A stretch of DNA of 64,000 nucleotides, from contig JBHGNT010000010.1 of assembly GCA_043228905.1 (NCBI GenBank), positions 6,262,001 through 6,326,000 of the forward strand, given 5' to 3'. Each line of letters begins with the position of its first letter. Position 1 is the first letter of the stretch. The DNA comes from Azolla caroliniana. Lineage: Eukaryota; Plantae; Polypodiophyta. Positions 1 through 13,177 of this stretch are shown here, piece after piece. The notes beneath the pieces are model-generated. The model saw nothing but the letters and a program-made list of their open reading frames with translations. It did not search any database and had not been told where the DNA came from. Position numbers and translations under genes: made by a program.

Positions 1-1921
1 TTGAGAATTGGCTGAGAATACTCACGCTATAGGACAAACCAAACTTGGTGTAAGTTAAGTGAAGAAAAGACCCAATTAACCTTCTATATTTCGTGATATC
101 TTCAAATATGGGAGAATTGTCTTCACGAGATAGCTTTGAGTTTGGATCCATTGGACAGGAGAGTGGCCTGCAATTTGGCATGCTATAGGACTCAAGGAAC
201 TGCCTGAAATACCCATGTTGGCTGAGGAAGATATCACTATGTGATTGATAGAACTCCATACCTATAAAATAATGGAGAAGTCCTAGATCAGTCATTTCAA
301 AGGTTGTTTTGAGGTTAGTGCGGAGCTCCTCGATTTTAGAAGCAAGGGACCATGTAATTAGAAGGTCATCAACATATAATATGATCAAGCATAACAAATT
401 ATCTTGGGAAAAAACATAGAGATTGCTATCAGCATAAAAGTTCTGAAAACCCAAGAAAGAGAAAGAATGTATCAATCTTGTCATGCCAAGCTTTGGGAGC
501 TTGCTTTAAGCAATACAAGGATTTGTGTAACCTGTAGACCATGTTTTTTTGCTTTGAAAAACTCAAAACCTAGAGGTTGTTCAACATAAACCTCCTCTTT
601 CAAGTCACAATTAAGGAAGGCTGACATGACATCCATTTGAAAGATGGGCCATTTGTTGTGAGCAGCAAGTGCAAATGCACATCGAATAGAGGGGTACCTT
701 GCTGTTGGAGCAAAACTTTCCTCGTAATCCACTCCTTCGATTTGTGAGTAGCCTTTAGTAACTAAACGTGCCTTGTGCTTATCCAAAGTACCATCAGCAT
801 GGTACTTGGTCTTGAAAATCCATTTCAGTCCAATGACTTGTCAATGTTGAGGCTGTGGAACCAACTCCCATGTATGATTCCACTCAATGGAATCAAGTTC
901 AACTTCCATTACTGCTTTCCACTTTGGAAGAACAAGGGCCTCTTTTACGGTTGTGGGTTCTTGTGATTGCACAACAATGCATAGTAAGGCAAAGTTGCAC
1001 AAGTAAAGAGGCCGTTGTGACCTACGTGTTCTTTTCATGTTGGTTGGAGAACCAGATGTATACTCATGAAGCTCAGAATCGAAGAGATGAGAATCACAAA
1101 TGGTGGCTTAAATCAATTGGGAAGTGGTGGAAGCTGGTGTGTAGAGGGAGGGGAAACAAGTGGATTTGAGGGAGAGATTTGAATTGTTGGCAAAATTAGA
1201 GATTAAGTAGGAGGATATGGGGGGCTTGAAGGTGAGACATCTTCGTCTAAAATAGGAGATTCCGGCGAAGTTGGGATTTCAACCGTGAACTCAGGTGAAA
1301 TCCTATCCGGCTGAGACTCCACAAAATGAACATCCCTAGAGATGACTAGGGACTTTGATTCTAAATCCCATAACCTGTCGGCTTTAGATTGTGTGTTGTA
1401 ACCAAGAAATTTGCATTTCTTGGTTTTGGACTCAAATTTAGTCCTTCTATGATCTGAAATGTGAACATATGCATCACAACCAAAGACTTTAAAATGATAA
1501 ACCGAGAGCTTTACACTTGTAAATGCTTCTACAGGGGTCATTGCAGCAGCTGCTTTTGTTGGGCAGCAGTTGATGATGTAGATTGTTGTGTTGACAGCTT
1601 CACCCCAAAACGAGAGAGGAAGATTAGATTGAGATAGCATTGTACAAGCCATCTCTTGGAATGTCCGGTTCTTCCTTTCCACAACTCATTTTGTTGAGGA
1701 GTATTGGGTGTAGAAAATTGGCGAGCAATGCATTGTTGAGAGCAGAAATGGTAGAATGCTTGGGAGATAAACTCTCCACCATTGTCAGACCTGATCTTTC
1801 GAACTTTCTTTGATGTCTCGTTCTCAACAAGAGCTACCCATTCTTGAAATTTGGTGAAGGCTTGAGATTTCTCGACAAGAAAATAAACCCAAACCTTGCG
1901 GGAGAAATCATCAATTATAAG

Positions 1922-2191
1922 CATAGTATGAACCATACGTACCATATGTGCATTTGCATTCGCGAATGTTTCAATCATTCACATAAGAGAAACAGCCTCA
2001 AAGAATGATAAATACCATGCTTTTGGATTAACTATTTATTATGAGGTAAATAAGCCTAGAAAATGGAAAAAAACAAAAAAAACATTAAAAAAATGGGAAA
2101 AACACAAGAATGTTTGAATAACATTTGCATTTGTTTTCCAACATAGGAAAACGAATGTTATGCTAGACGAACACGAGTTTTACGTACTATG
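1922..2191. mobile_element. 270-bp non-autonomous hAT-like element (MITE) inserted in the copia integrase
   Basis: 8-bp TSD ATTATAAG at 1914-1921 and 2192-2199; imperfect TIRs CATAGTATG / CGTACTATG; AT-rich interior. Removing it rejoins YFMLII-DDFSRKVWVYFL. Confidence 0.85.
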
Positions 2192-2641
2192 ATTATAAGC
2201 ATGAAGTAGCATGCACCACCAAGAGTAGTGGTTTTCATGGGACCACAAAGATCCATGTGCATTAACTCCAAGATAGATGTTGCACGGTGAGTGGCTTCAT
2301 GAGGGAAAGGCCCTCGATGTTGCTTGCCATGAAGACAAGCAACGCATGGGGTATTGGGAGTTTTGAAAATAGGCAAACCCTCAACTAGCTGTGAAGAGGA
2401 GAGCTTTTGTAGAGAATCGTAGTTGAGGTGACCGAACCTAGCATGCCACATGTGGGATCTTCTTGTGCCACCAAGGCATGAGAGCCTTGAAGAAGATGAA
2501 GAAGATGGGATTTGGATTTTTCCGAGGGGCTATAGGAACTTTTCAAGCAATATAAACCCCCTTCTTGTGTGCCACTAGCTACAATTTGTAGGATGTTGGT
2601 GTCAATGACTTCCAAAACTGAGTTATCAAAGCAGACTGCAT

Positions 2642-3054
2642 TGTTGCTGGGTGGCAGCTCTAGACTTGCACTCTCTTTCATCTTTAATATCTCAATTGTA
2701 CATTCTCTCTCTTCCTAGGTTCTTCTCTCTCTAGAATCTGCACCGCTTTAAATGAATTTTCTCTCTTCCATTTTTCCAAGATATTCCCTCTTATTCCTAG
2801 TTTCTTGTACCTGTTTGGTAGTACAAGAGTCATTTAACTACCAAACAACCATTTCACCCACTTTCCCCAATTTTGTATACATAAGCTATACCAGTAGCCT
2901 CTTTTGTAAAGACTTGTACTTTTGCTGCTACTTAATAACAGTCTCTACTCTTTGGAACCATTTTTTCTACTGCTATCTAACAGCCTTCTCACAGCTTGGC
3001 TGTGTCTATTTTGTTCTAGCAACTATGTTGATGCAATTAACAGCTTTTCTCACA
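2642..3054 (+). mobile_element. Solo LTR of the same copia family, inserted in the opposite orientation
   Basis: TGTTGCTGGGTGGCAGC...CTTTTCTCACA is the reverse-complement homolog of the LTR at 4520-4984. Near-perfect 5-bp TSD TGCAT / TCCAT. Removing it restores KQGY-AVCFD. Confidence 0.9.
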
Positions 3055-3259
3055 TCCATAACCTTGCTTAATGATTCGGTAGAATGAAAGTAGGTCGGCA
3101 GAGACGCGAGGCACATGTAGCACATCTTGAAGAACGGCAGGTTCGTCATTTGAAGAAGTGTTAAGAAACACATTACCCACACACGAAGCCTCAATGCTTG
3201 AGGCATCTCCTATGGAGATTTGGGCACAGCTAGGCATCACATCATGCAAAATGGATTTG

Positions 3260-4249
3260 TCATAAGTCATGTGTGTAGTGGCACCACTCATCAATGGTTG
3301 AGGTAGTTGTTCCAGCCAAATGTGAAGAATGTTCCTCGATGCCAAGGAAAATTGTTTCTTTGGCTAAGTGGATCAAGTTTGATTTTGGTGAAGGTTGACT
3401 TTTGGTAGAAGAAGATTTCTTGACATTGTCCATTTTCTTTTTCCGACAGTCGGGCTGAATGTGACCTTTGTAGCCACAATAATGACAAGTGAGCTCCTTG
3501 TAGGCTGGGTTGTTTGTTGGTCTTTGATTGGGTTTGTCGTAGGAGTTGCCATTTTGCTTCCACTTGCCTTTACTTTTAGCGTGTAGAAGCGTCTCATTGG
3601 AAGTTTGAGCACTTTTCTTCCTTGTTGCCCTGTCTTGGAGCATGCCAAGAAATGTATTCATATTAGATGTGTTGGGAAGAAGAGAAATTGTGTCACAAAA
3701 GGCTGAGAATGACTTAGGCAACTTTATCATTAGACGATGCACAAACTCAACTTCAGTTGACTTGCTTCCCAAAGAAACTAGTTCCTTTTGGAGAGTAACA
3801 AATTGCGTTATTTGATCCATGATGTTGGGAGTGTTGTGAATCTTGAGATTTGCTAGTAGGTTCTCAATAGCTATCATTTCATCATGATTATCTCGATGAT
3901 AAGTCTTTTTGATGGTTGCCCATAGTTCATTGGCTGTCTCTTCATCTGTATCTTGAAATTGACGAGCGATGCTCGGTTTAATATTAAATATGAGGAAAGC
4001 ATGAGCACGAGAATCTTTATCTAGCCAAGCTTCAATCTCAGCATTAAATGAGCCAACAACTGATTTGGTTGAGGAGGATGAAGTTACCAGTGGTTTCTTG
4101 TCACTACCATTGACTACATTCCATAGACGATTGTACTGTAGCAAGGTCTTTATTTGCAGTTCCCAATCTAAGTAATTGTTCCCATCCGAGATGGACTCTT
4201 TGGGTTGTTGGGGAATGGTTGATGAAACAATGGTGGCATGTGAGGCCAT
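3260..4249 (-). pseudogene. copia gag (N-terminal part of a disrupted gag-pol)
   Basis: 329-aa ORF with NYLDWELQIKTLL..LW, a UBN2-like region and a CX2CX4HX4C zinc knuckle; frameshifts into the protease region. Confidence 0.85.
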
Positions 4250-4503
4250 GGATATCCTCTTGAGCTACAACTGGACAATTTGCAACAGCTGTAAGTAGAT
4301 GCTAAGGGTCTTTCTACCCCTCCCTAGATGCTAGGCGAGCCTCAGATGAGGGGAAAAGAAAAAGAACCTCCTCTATAGATTGGGAGGGTGACTGCTAAGA
4401 GAACCTCCTCTATAGGGTTGGGACGGAGGGATAAATGAAGATAGTTTCGTGTGCTCTTTGGCAAAAATAAATACATCAGGCTGAGGATATGGAGACCTCA
4501 CTA

Positions 4504-4984
4504 CTGTGATACCATACCATGTGAGAAAAGTTGTTAATAGCAGCAACAGAACAGTTGTTAGAACAAAATAGACACAGCCAAGCTGTGAGAAGTCTGTTAG
4601 ACAGCAATAGAAAAAACGGTTGCAAAGGGTAGAGACACAGCCAAAGAGTAGAGCTTGTTTGTAAGTAGCAACAAAAGTAAAATTCTTTACAAAAGAGGCT
4701 GGTATAGCCTTTTTATACGAAATTGGGAGTAGTGGGTGAAATGGTTGTTTGGTAGTTAAGTGGCTCTTCTACTACCAAACAAGTACAATAGACTAGGAAT
4801 AAGAGGGAATATCTTGAAAAAAGTGGAAGAGAGAAAAGGCATTTAAAGCGTTGTAGATTCTAGAGAGAGAAAGCATTTAAATAGTTGCAGATTCTAGAGA
4901 GAAGAATCTAGGAAGAGAGAGAATGTAGAACAGAGATAATAAAGATGAAAGAGAGTGCAGGTCTGTAGCTGCCACCCTCCAACA
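4504..4984 (-). repeat. 5' LTR (4520-4984) and degenerate tRNA-iMet PBS of the first copia element
   Basis: TG...CA termini. On the minus strand the LTR is followed by TGGTA-TGGTATCACAG (canonical PBS is TGGTATCAGAGC). Confidence 0.85.
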
Positions 4985-7023
4985 ATGTGTATCGTCTTTA
5001 CAATTTGCGAAATGGGACAGACAAGATGAAAGCCGGACGAATGGGAAGGGGGGCGAGGCAAGTCGGTACGAGGAAATGGCTTTTAGATCGAGATATGTAA
5101 GGATGTACTTATAGAGGGGTTGCGTTCTAGGGGATTGGGCAACTAGAAGGGGGGTTGGGTGGGTGGGTAGGCAAGTGATTGACATGATAAGGAAAGCAAT
5201 GAGGATGTACTTATACTTATAATGACGTTTGCAAAATATTATTGGCTGCTCTATGCAATCTCGTTTGCTAAACATTATTAGCTGCATCTGCAGTTGTTAT
5301 CAACTGCAAAGAATAATTTATATGAAACCTTTTCCAGATTTGGAATGGAGATCATGTTGGAACCAATAACCCCCATGGTCACAGGTAAATATAGTACCTA
5401 GACATCAACCAGTCCATCATGATTTATAAACTCAGAATACTAGTCATCAGAGGCATATTGGAACATATAGTATAAGGCATTACACACCAACTGTATTTAA
5501 TCGATAAGAACTCCAAACTTTGTTTCCAAGTCACTATGTTTGAGAAACAGAGACGCTGACCACAATTTCCTATTCCATCGTAATTATAAATGTGGCATAC
5601 TAGTTGCATGATGCTGATTGGAAATGTAATACATAGCTTTACACTCTGATGCATATTGAGACTTTAATATACAGTATTATATTCTGACTGCATTCGACTA
5701 TCGTCATATCCAAACCTCTACTTGAAATCATTTGAGTTTATGCACAAATACTAGTCGGTATGTAAATTGTTAGAATGGTTATATCAAATGATAGACCATG
5801 GTTATAGAATACTTAAGAACTATAATTTGAAATCTCCATTCTCACACCCACCCTCACTGGCTCAACATTGATAATCAACTGAGTTGATGAAAATACTTAA
5901 CCAAGGGGGTTAACTGTGCACACACAGAACAGGAACTTATAAACAGATACCAAAATATTAACATAAAGAGGATACACTTGTAGAGACAAAGAGATAACCA
6001 CTAACCAGGCACTTACATTAATTGTTAAGAACCACAAACGCATAAGGCTATCGTTTACCTTTTATAATGTTATCAACATGGGCACACAGATGAGGAAATG
6101 TGGCTATGATTTACCTAGAACAATTCCTAAAAGATTGCAAATTACGACATTAAAATAAGTGTGGATAATTTGCAAGCCAAATTTGGCATATTTTGAAGCT
6201 ATGAACCAGGGGGAGCAAAAAACTCAACGTAAGGTTATTTTTTTGCCATATTGTGAGCTCTGATCAAGGCCAACTTTGGCATTTTTCTTTCTTTTTTCTT
6301 TCTTGATCTGAGCATTTCTCTTTCCTTATGTTTTTCTTTTGTTTCACCAATCATTTCTGATTAATATTGTTAAGCTACGATTTGTAAAGAAATACTGCTA
6401 TCAACACCAACTTCAGCATTTTGCTTTCTTTCTTTATCCCTTGATCTGAATGTTTCTCTTTCTTCATTGACTTCAGTGTTATTTTCTGATCTATAAATTG
6501 GATAGCTATTCAACTAATGAAAAAGGCATGCCACGGGCCACAAGCATACTTCTGATCTGAAGTAAAGCTGTTGCAAGCCTTGGGGATAAGCTCTACCCTC
6601 TCAGGATTAACCCAATCTTGAGAGAAGGGTAGCCTAAAGATCCCATGGGTAACCAATTAAATGGAAGGATATAGCGCCGTAAAGATTCATCATTGAAAAT
6701 ATGGGTCAATATAATGAGTTTCTATGGAATCTCCAATTCACCATTTCAAACCTTATACAGAAGGCTTTTCTAGACCACCATTTTCTATCAATACTGTAGC
6801 TGAAATACTTAAAAGGGGGAATCTGGAGTTTTCTCAGTCAGCAATGGAACTAATCGGTCTTCATTGTTGTAAAATAAGAGCAGCTGGATTCACAAGGATC
6901 TGACTTTACGTTCAAAAATCGCATGCCAGCAGATGTGGTCACCATCATTGGTACTTAAGATACTGCGTCTGGAGAAGTGGATAGAGGAAATTACTTAAAG
7001 CAGCACATACGCACTGGGGGAGG

Positions 7024-7025
<2 letters not shown>

Positions 7026-7067
<42 letters not shown>
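7026..7067. repeat. (GA)n microsatellite at the start of hydrolase intron 1
   Basis: About 20 GA units, read directly. Confidence 0.95.
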
Positions 7068-7069
<2 letters not shown>

Positions 7070-7070
7070 C

Positions 7071-7311
7071 CAGATGAATTGGGATGGCTTCTCTCCATGA
7101 CGGTGCGAAGAAGTTCTTTGGCGAAACCTCTCAAGTTTTTCCCGGCTCCCATGAGGCCATGGACAAGAACAGCAGTCTTAACATCGTCTCTGTCCTCTCC
7201 TGCACTGAGAACCTCGTGGGAGAGAGTGGATGCCCATCTCCTGCTTCTACTCCTGCTCCTTCCGAACAAGAATCCAGCAATCCTGCGCTCCTTCCTAAGC
7301 AAGAACGCCAT
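7071..7311 (-). CDS. Exon 1 of an alpha/beta-hydrolase (ABHD11-like esterase/lipase) with a probable mitochondrial targeting peptide
   Basis: MAFLLRKERRIAGFLFGRSRSRSRRWASTL...TAVLVHGLMGAGKNLRGFAKEL: Arg/Ser-rich N-terminus and an HGLxGxGxN oxyanion motif. Phase-1 GT donor at 7070, followed by (CT)n. I found no later exon in the window. Confidence 0.8.
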
Positions 7312-7559
7312 AGATAAGATCGATTGTGTGCAGCTTCTTTCTACTACCACATCGGAGGGAGCGCATGGGGGGGTGAATTTCTCAGGGGTAGGACTGTGGT
7401 TTTAGGTCACAAGATTTGTGGGTTCAGCCATGAATCAACAAACAGCACCCACAATTCAATTTCTCAGAAGAGATTGACTTGCAGGAGCAGAGCAGTAGTA
7501 GCCCTGCCCTGTTCCCTGCCCATCCCATCTGAGACCCTTTGGCCTCCGTCCACAAGACG

Positions 7560-8120
7560 GCCCCGCCCGCCTGCCCGCCCGAAACTACTGTCCGGAGAGA
7601 CGGTCCGCCCGAAACTACTGTCCAAGAGGCCGCCCGCCCGAAACTGAACCGAACCATGGCTTAACGGTTAAAACGGTTTGGTTTGGTTCAGGTTCACTTT
7701 TTTAACAGATTGGTTTCAGTTTGGGGGATCAACGGTTCGGTTCGGTTTAAACGGTTTTGCGGGATGATGGTTTTTAATTTATTTTTTTAAACAACCTTTT
7801 CATTTTTAAGCCTAATTCTAACATTTTAGGAAAAATCTGTAAAATTTAAAATAATGAAAAATTTTTAAATTTAAATTTTGAATTTTTGACTCGAGTCAAA
7901 AACCGAAACCGAACCACGAAACCATGGTTTTAGTGGTTTAATGGTTTAATGGTTTGGATTTTTATTTGACAGTTCAGTTTTAACAGTTTCTGGTTCAGTT
8001 CGGTTCAAGTTTCAAAAAATTTAAACGGTTCAATTTTGACACTCTTGAACCGAACCGAAACTGTTGCCAATTGTTAGGCGACTTGTCCGCCCAAAACTAC
8101 TGTCTAAGAGATCGGCCAAT
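7560..8120. mobile_element. Degenerate AACCG-rich hAT-type MITE remnant among ~30-bp CGCCCGAAACTACTGTC repeats
   Basis: Many AACCG/CGGTT motifs in both orientations. The end AAACTGTTGCCAATTGTTA resembles the TIR CCGTTGCCGATCCCTA of the hAT element at 28604-29660. No TSD found. Confidence 0.5.
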
Positions 8121-10803
8121 GTTAATGCCAAGAATCTGACATGCACGCATGGGCTTATGTATATCGATGTAGACCTCATGTACTCCGTTACGTAGGTTTA
8201 TGCCCTAAATGTCTAAATCGCATATTGCTTATGTATATCTATCTATCAATAAGCAGCGAGTGTGAGTATTGGTTGAACCCTAGTATATATTGCACATATC
8301 ACTTTGTGCTTTCACATTTCATGTCCTTCCTGTCTTGTTCAAATACCTCAGTGATAGACTTTTGCATTTATCATACAGTGGAGTGGATAGACCAATGTGT
8401 TTGATGGCTCGTTTTATCATTGTGAGTATATACTAAGGTTGGATGAAGAAACTATTAGAAGATTTAGAAAAGCACACAAGCAGTTTCAAAAACTAAGAAT
8501 CAACTACATACTTTTTAATCACCCTACCCCCAACAAAGCAAACAATGCATTCAATTGTATCAAAATCTTATGGCATGAATTTTTTTCAATAGGGATATCA
8601 TTGATTTATCTTATAGTTTCCATGATATACTTAAAAGGTCATGCATGTCTAGGTTGGTCTCTAAGCGGGCAAACAATCTTATGTATATTGTCGCCAATGG
8701 CATTCATATGGAGATGCTTATTAGGTTTTGAAAAAAATGCAAACTCTCGTAGAGTCGGTGTGTGTGAAAGCGTAGTATGCATGCCGAGAGTGAATGTGTG
8801 AGCTAGAGAAAGAATTAGAGAAAACAATAAAAAATGGAAAATGCATGAGAGATGGGATGACAATTTATGCAGTGGAGAAAACTATACAATCAAGTAAAAC
8901 TATTAATAGAACACAATGGGCTAAGTGAACTTTATATATAACGATAAGGATTCGACCGGCGACAACCGGTTAATACGTATGCATATGCAAGTGCAAAGGA
9001 TTGAAAAGGACAAAAGAAGACGGAAATGAAAGTACGAAGACACATATTTTTCATGGAAAACCCGGAAAGGGCAAAAAAACACAGGAGTTCACGAACTCCA
9101 AGAAATCACTATATGATTAAGAGGAATACAATAAGAAACTTCAAGGCAACTACCTTGAGTTCTTCTTCGTCACCAGACGGTTACATAGATACTATGCTCT
9201 CTCACTCTCTCTTAGTTATAGAGGCAACAACCAACATCAACTATGCGTCCATTCAACATAATGATTTGCCCTAGTTGTATTTATACTAATACAACTCTAG
9301 GGCTATTTACAAAGTTGGCCCAAATAAGCGCAACAAAACCTATTTACAAATATGGCCTTTTCCGCGAAACCATGGTTTTCGCGGTTTAATGGTTTAACGG
9401 TTTGGATTTTTATCTGACGGTTTAGTTTTAACAATTTCTGGTTCGGTTCGGTTCAAGTTTCCAAAGTTTTAAACGGTTCGGTTTTGACACTCTCAAACCG
9501 AATCGAAACCATTGCCGATTGTTAGGTGGCCTGCCCGCCCAAAACTACTATCTGAGAGATCGGCCAATGTTAATGCCAAGAATGTGACATGCATGCATGG
9601 GCTTATGTATATTGATGTAGACCTCGTGTACTCCGTTACGTAAGTTTATGCCCTAAATGTCTAAATCGCATATTGCTTATGTATATCTATCTATCTATCT
9701 ATAAGCAGTGAGTGTGAGTATTGGTTGAACTCTAGTATATATTGCACGTATCACTTTGTGCTTTCACATTTCATGTCCTTCCTGTCTTGTTCAAATACCT
9801 CAACGATAGACTTTTGCATTGATCGTACAATGGAGTGGATAGACCAATGCGTTTGATGGCTCGTTTGATCATTGTGAGTATATACTAAGCTTGGATGAAG
9901 AAACTATTAGAAGATTTAGAAAAGCACGCAAGCAGTTTCAAAAACTAAGAATCAACTACATACCTTTTAATCCCCCTACCCCCAACAAAGCAAACAATGC
10001 ATTCCATTGTATCAAAATCTTATGGCATGAAAACTTTACAATAGGAATATCATTGATTTATCAGATAGTTTCCATGATATACTTAAATGGTCATGCATGT
10101 CTAGCTTGGTCTCTAAGCGGGCAAACAATCTTATGTATATTGTCTTCCACTTAAGCCAAGGGCATTCGTATGGAGATGCTTATTAGGTTTTGAAAAAAAA
10201 TGCAAACTCTCATAGAGTTGGTGTGTGTGAAAGCGTAGTATGCATGCGAGAGTGGATGTGTGAGCTAGAGAAAGAAGTAGAGAAAACAATAAAAATTGGA
10301 AAAGACATAAGAGATGGGATGACAACTTATGCAGTGGAGAAAACTATACGATCAACCAAAAACTATTAATAGAACACAATGGGCTAAGTGAATGTTATAT
10401 ATAATGATAAGATTTGACCAACCACAACCGGTTAATACGTATGCAGGTGCAAAGATTGAAAACGACAGAAGTAACAAGAAGACACAAGTATTTTTTGTGG
10501 AAAACACGAAAAACCACGGGAGTTCACGAACTCCAAGAAATCACTATATGATTAAGAGGAATACAATAAGAAACTTCAAGGCAACTACCCTGAGTTCTTT
10601 TCTTCGTCACCAGACTGTTACATAGATACTATGCTCTCTCATTCTCTCTCTTAGTTACAGAGGCAACAACCAACATCAACTATGCGTCCATTCAACATAA
10701 TGATTTGCCCTAGTTGTATTTATACTAATACAACTCTAGGGCTATTTACAAAGTTGGCCCAAATAGGCGCAACAAAACCTATTTACAAATATGGCCTTTT
10801 CCG
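7914..10803. repeat. ~1.45-kb tandem segmental duplication (about 7914-9361 and 9362-10803)
   Basis: The two copies are colinear and highly similar; both encode LDEETIRRFRKA and RTPRNHYMIKRNTIRNFKATTLSS. Period is about 1448 bp. Confidence 0.9.
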
Positions 10804-11062
10804 GATGCCACCCCATATCTGGATTCGGTCTCGCTTCTACATCAAATCAAACAGATCCAGCTCACTCTCCTTCATCCGATTGGTTCCTCAAACTTCAGTC
10901 CAGCTCGTGCTCTCCTTCCCATTTGGAGGGATTTGTTTCCTAATGTATAAGTCGTTAAGGGATTGCCACACATAAATGTGGTTAGTGTAGTCTACGCATA
11001 GACATCCACTTGAGTACGATTCCGTCATGAGAATATTTAATATTCTTTTATCACATTTACAA
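10191..11062. mobile_element. Copia-type LTR interrupted by a nested solo LTR (10405-10945)
   Basis: The outer sequence is homologous to the LTR at 12854-13177. The inner sequence resembles the element E LTR (AAAACCACGGGAG..CACTAT..GAGGAATACAA) and is flanked by TSD TATAA at 10400-10404 and 10946-10950. Confidence 0.75.
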
Positions 11063-11159
11063 TTGTCATCCAACTAGGATTTCACATGGATTACAATGCC
11101 GAATCACTAGATCATTCACATGGATTACAATGCCGAATCACTAATGATGTTATCAAGAA

Positions 11160-12480
11160 TACCATGATGTTAAAATACTTCATGCGTAACCATATCTCTT
11201 GACTCTTGATAGTCTTTGTGCATTGAAGGAAATGTGTCATTTCAGTGAACCGATCCACAATAATAAGAATAACATCAAAACCTTTGGAAGATGGAAGATC
11301 ACGAATGAAAGTCGAAGAGATAGACTTCCATAGACCTAAAATAATTGGTAAGGGCTAGAGAAACCCATATGATCGAAGTCGAGGACACTTGGAGTGAGAA
11401 CATGGATCTCAACTATGAATGTAATCCTCAACATGATTACAAATATGTGGCCACCAATAAGTTCTAGAAACTAGTTCCAAAGTCATACAAACTACAAACT
11501 GTTCGGGCATTCCACATGTGGTAGCAATGTTGTAAAATTAGGAGTTGTGAACGACAATAAAGGACATAAAGTAAATTGTTGTGCCAATTGAACTAATTAT
11601 AACCTTTATGAGAACTTCATACCTTAAACAAGAAGCATGATCTGGAATGATATGATTCAAGACATATTGTGTGAACTCATATGTCATATGCATCAAGATT
11701 GATACAAATTTAATCAATAAGCGTGGAATCTATGGGTGCCTTAAAGGTGTTAGTTGCCATCACTTGTGAGCGATCAAGACCAAGGATGGCCTCTTTTTTA
11801 TGGTCAAAAGAAGTTCCATAAACAAGGAGTTATTTAGGAAGAATGTTGAGATAAAGCATCTACTTTTCCTTGGCGTATTCCAAGGCAATACTTGATCAAT
11901 AAATCGAAGCACATAAGAAATTATGCCCAATGAGCTTGGTGACGATTCAAGTCTTAAGCATTTTGGAAATACGTTAGGTTATTATGATAATTGTAAATGG
12001 GGAGAACCTTCCAATAAATGGCATCAATGCTCGAAAGAGTCCACAATATCCAAAAGCTCATTGTCGTGAATCTTGTGATTAATTTCTATTGCTTCAATTT
12101 TTTGTGATTGAAAAGCCACTAGATGTAACTGCTTATTGCCTTTGGTTTGTGAGAGGACACTCTCAAGTGCAATATCTAACGCATCAACATCTAATATAAA
12201 GAGCTTGGCTAGGTCAATATGGAGTAGAATAAGGGTAGACGTGAATACATGTTTCAAGATTTCAAATGCCTTAGTTGCACCCGCAATCTATATATGGTTG
12301 GTTTTTCTATGTTAATTGTGTAAGAGGCAAAACCATCTTTGAGTAATCCATTATGAATTGATGTAAAGTTTGCAAATCCCAAAAACATTTGACATCATGT
12401 ACAAATTGTGGTGTTAGCCACTCTAGAATTGTTTGCACCTTTGTTTGGTCCATAAAGATTCCTTCCAATGAGACTATTTA
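11160..12480 (-). pseudogene. Highly degraded Ty3/gypsy pol remnant (RT end, RNase H, integrase)
   Basis: FILDVDALDIALESVLSQ...VAFQSQK...IHDNELLDIVDSF matches gypsy RNase H; integrase-like fragments follow on the minus strand. Confidence 0.75.
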
Positions 12481-12499
12481 CCCAAAGAGTTTCTCTTGG

Positions 12500-13177
12500 T
12501 TGTTGCTGAAATTACATTACATGGTGGGCACCTTGCTGCCACATCGTGTAGTGAGAGTTTATGAGATCAAGGGCTATTTCTTGAGCACCATTGATATAAC
12601 TCCAAATACCTTGCCTGACTAGGTACTGATGCATCTTGTACTCCCAAGATGCGTTGTTGTGCATGTTCAGCTTCTCATTTGGAACCATGCTCTCCAATTG
12701 TGCATTCATCATGTTGATTTACCTCAATTTGTAAGCTCTTCTCCTCAACGTGCACCGCTTGTCGTGCAACAACATTACAACAACGATGGCCAATTTGGAA
12801 TGGCATCTCCAACTGCTCATGCAACATCAATGGTAGAGCTTGCATTGACACCATGTAAAGAATGCTAACTCTTGTAGACTGGGTGTGCAAAAACATAATG
12901 CGCGTGTGAGAGTGGATGTTTGAGGAAGAGAACGAATCAAAGAAAACAATCAAAAATGAAAAATATACAAGAGGGGGAATGACAACTTATGCATTGAAGC
13001 GAACAACTTTTGATCAACTAAAAATGATCAATAGAACACAATGTGCCAAGTAGGCTTTACATACAAGTCCTTAAGTGACTCTCAAGTAAAATATGGTTGG
13101 TGGAGTCTAGCCATAAACATCCACTTGAGGATAGTTATGTCATAAGAATATATAATATTTTTTGACCACATCTAACA
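12500..13177 (-). mobile_element. Truncated copia 5' end: LTR 12854-13177, degenerate PBS, gag N-terminus
   Basis: TG...CA LTR. EKLNMHNNASWEYKMHQYLVRQGIWSYING is homologous to the gag of elements B and F. Confidence 0.8.

Larger units (their letters stand above)
1..4984 (-). mobile_element. Ty1/copia LTR retrotransposon (degenerate; 3' end lies beyond the left edge of the window)
   Basis: Minus-strand order is 5' LTR (4520-4984, TG...CA), Met-type PBS, gag (CHYCGYKGHIQPDC knuckle), protease, GAG-pre-integrase (WHARFGHLN), integrase (IRSDNGGEF, TPQQN..ERKNR), RT ([23 protein letters not shown]). This is the copia domain order. Many stops and frameshifts. Confidence 0.95.

Noticed and set aside
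8397-10154. Duplicated ORFs containing LDEETIRRFRKA
   Set aside because: No recognisable domain, no proper start codon, and the frames differ between the two copies.
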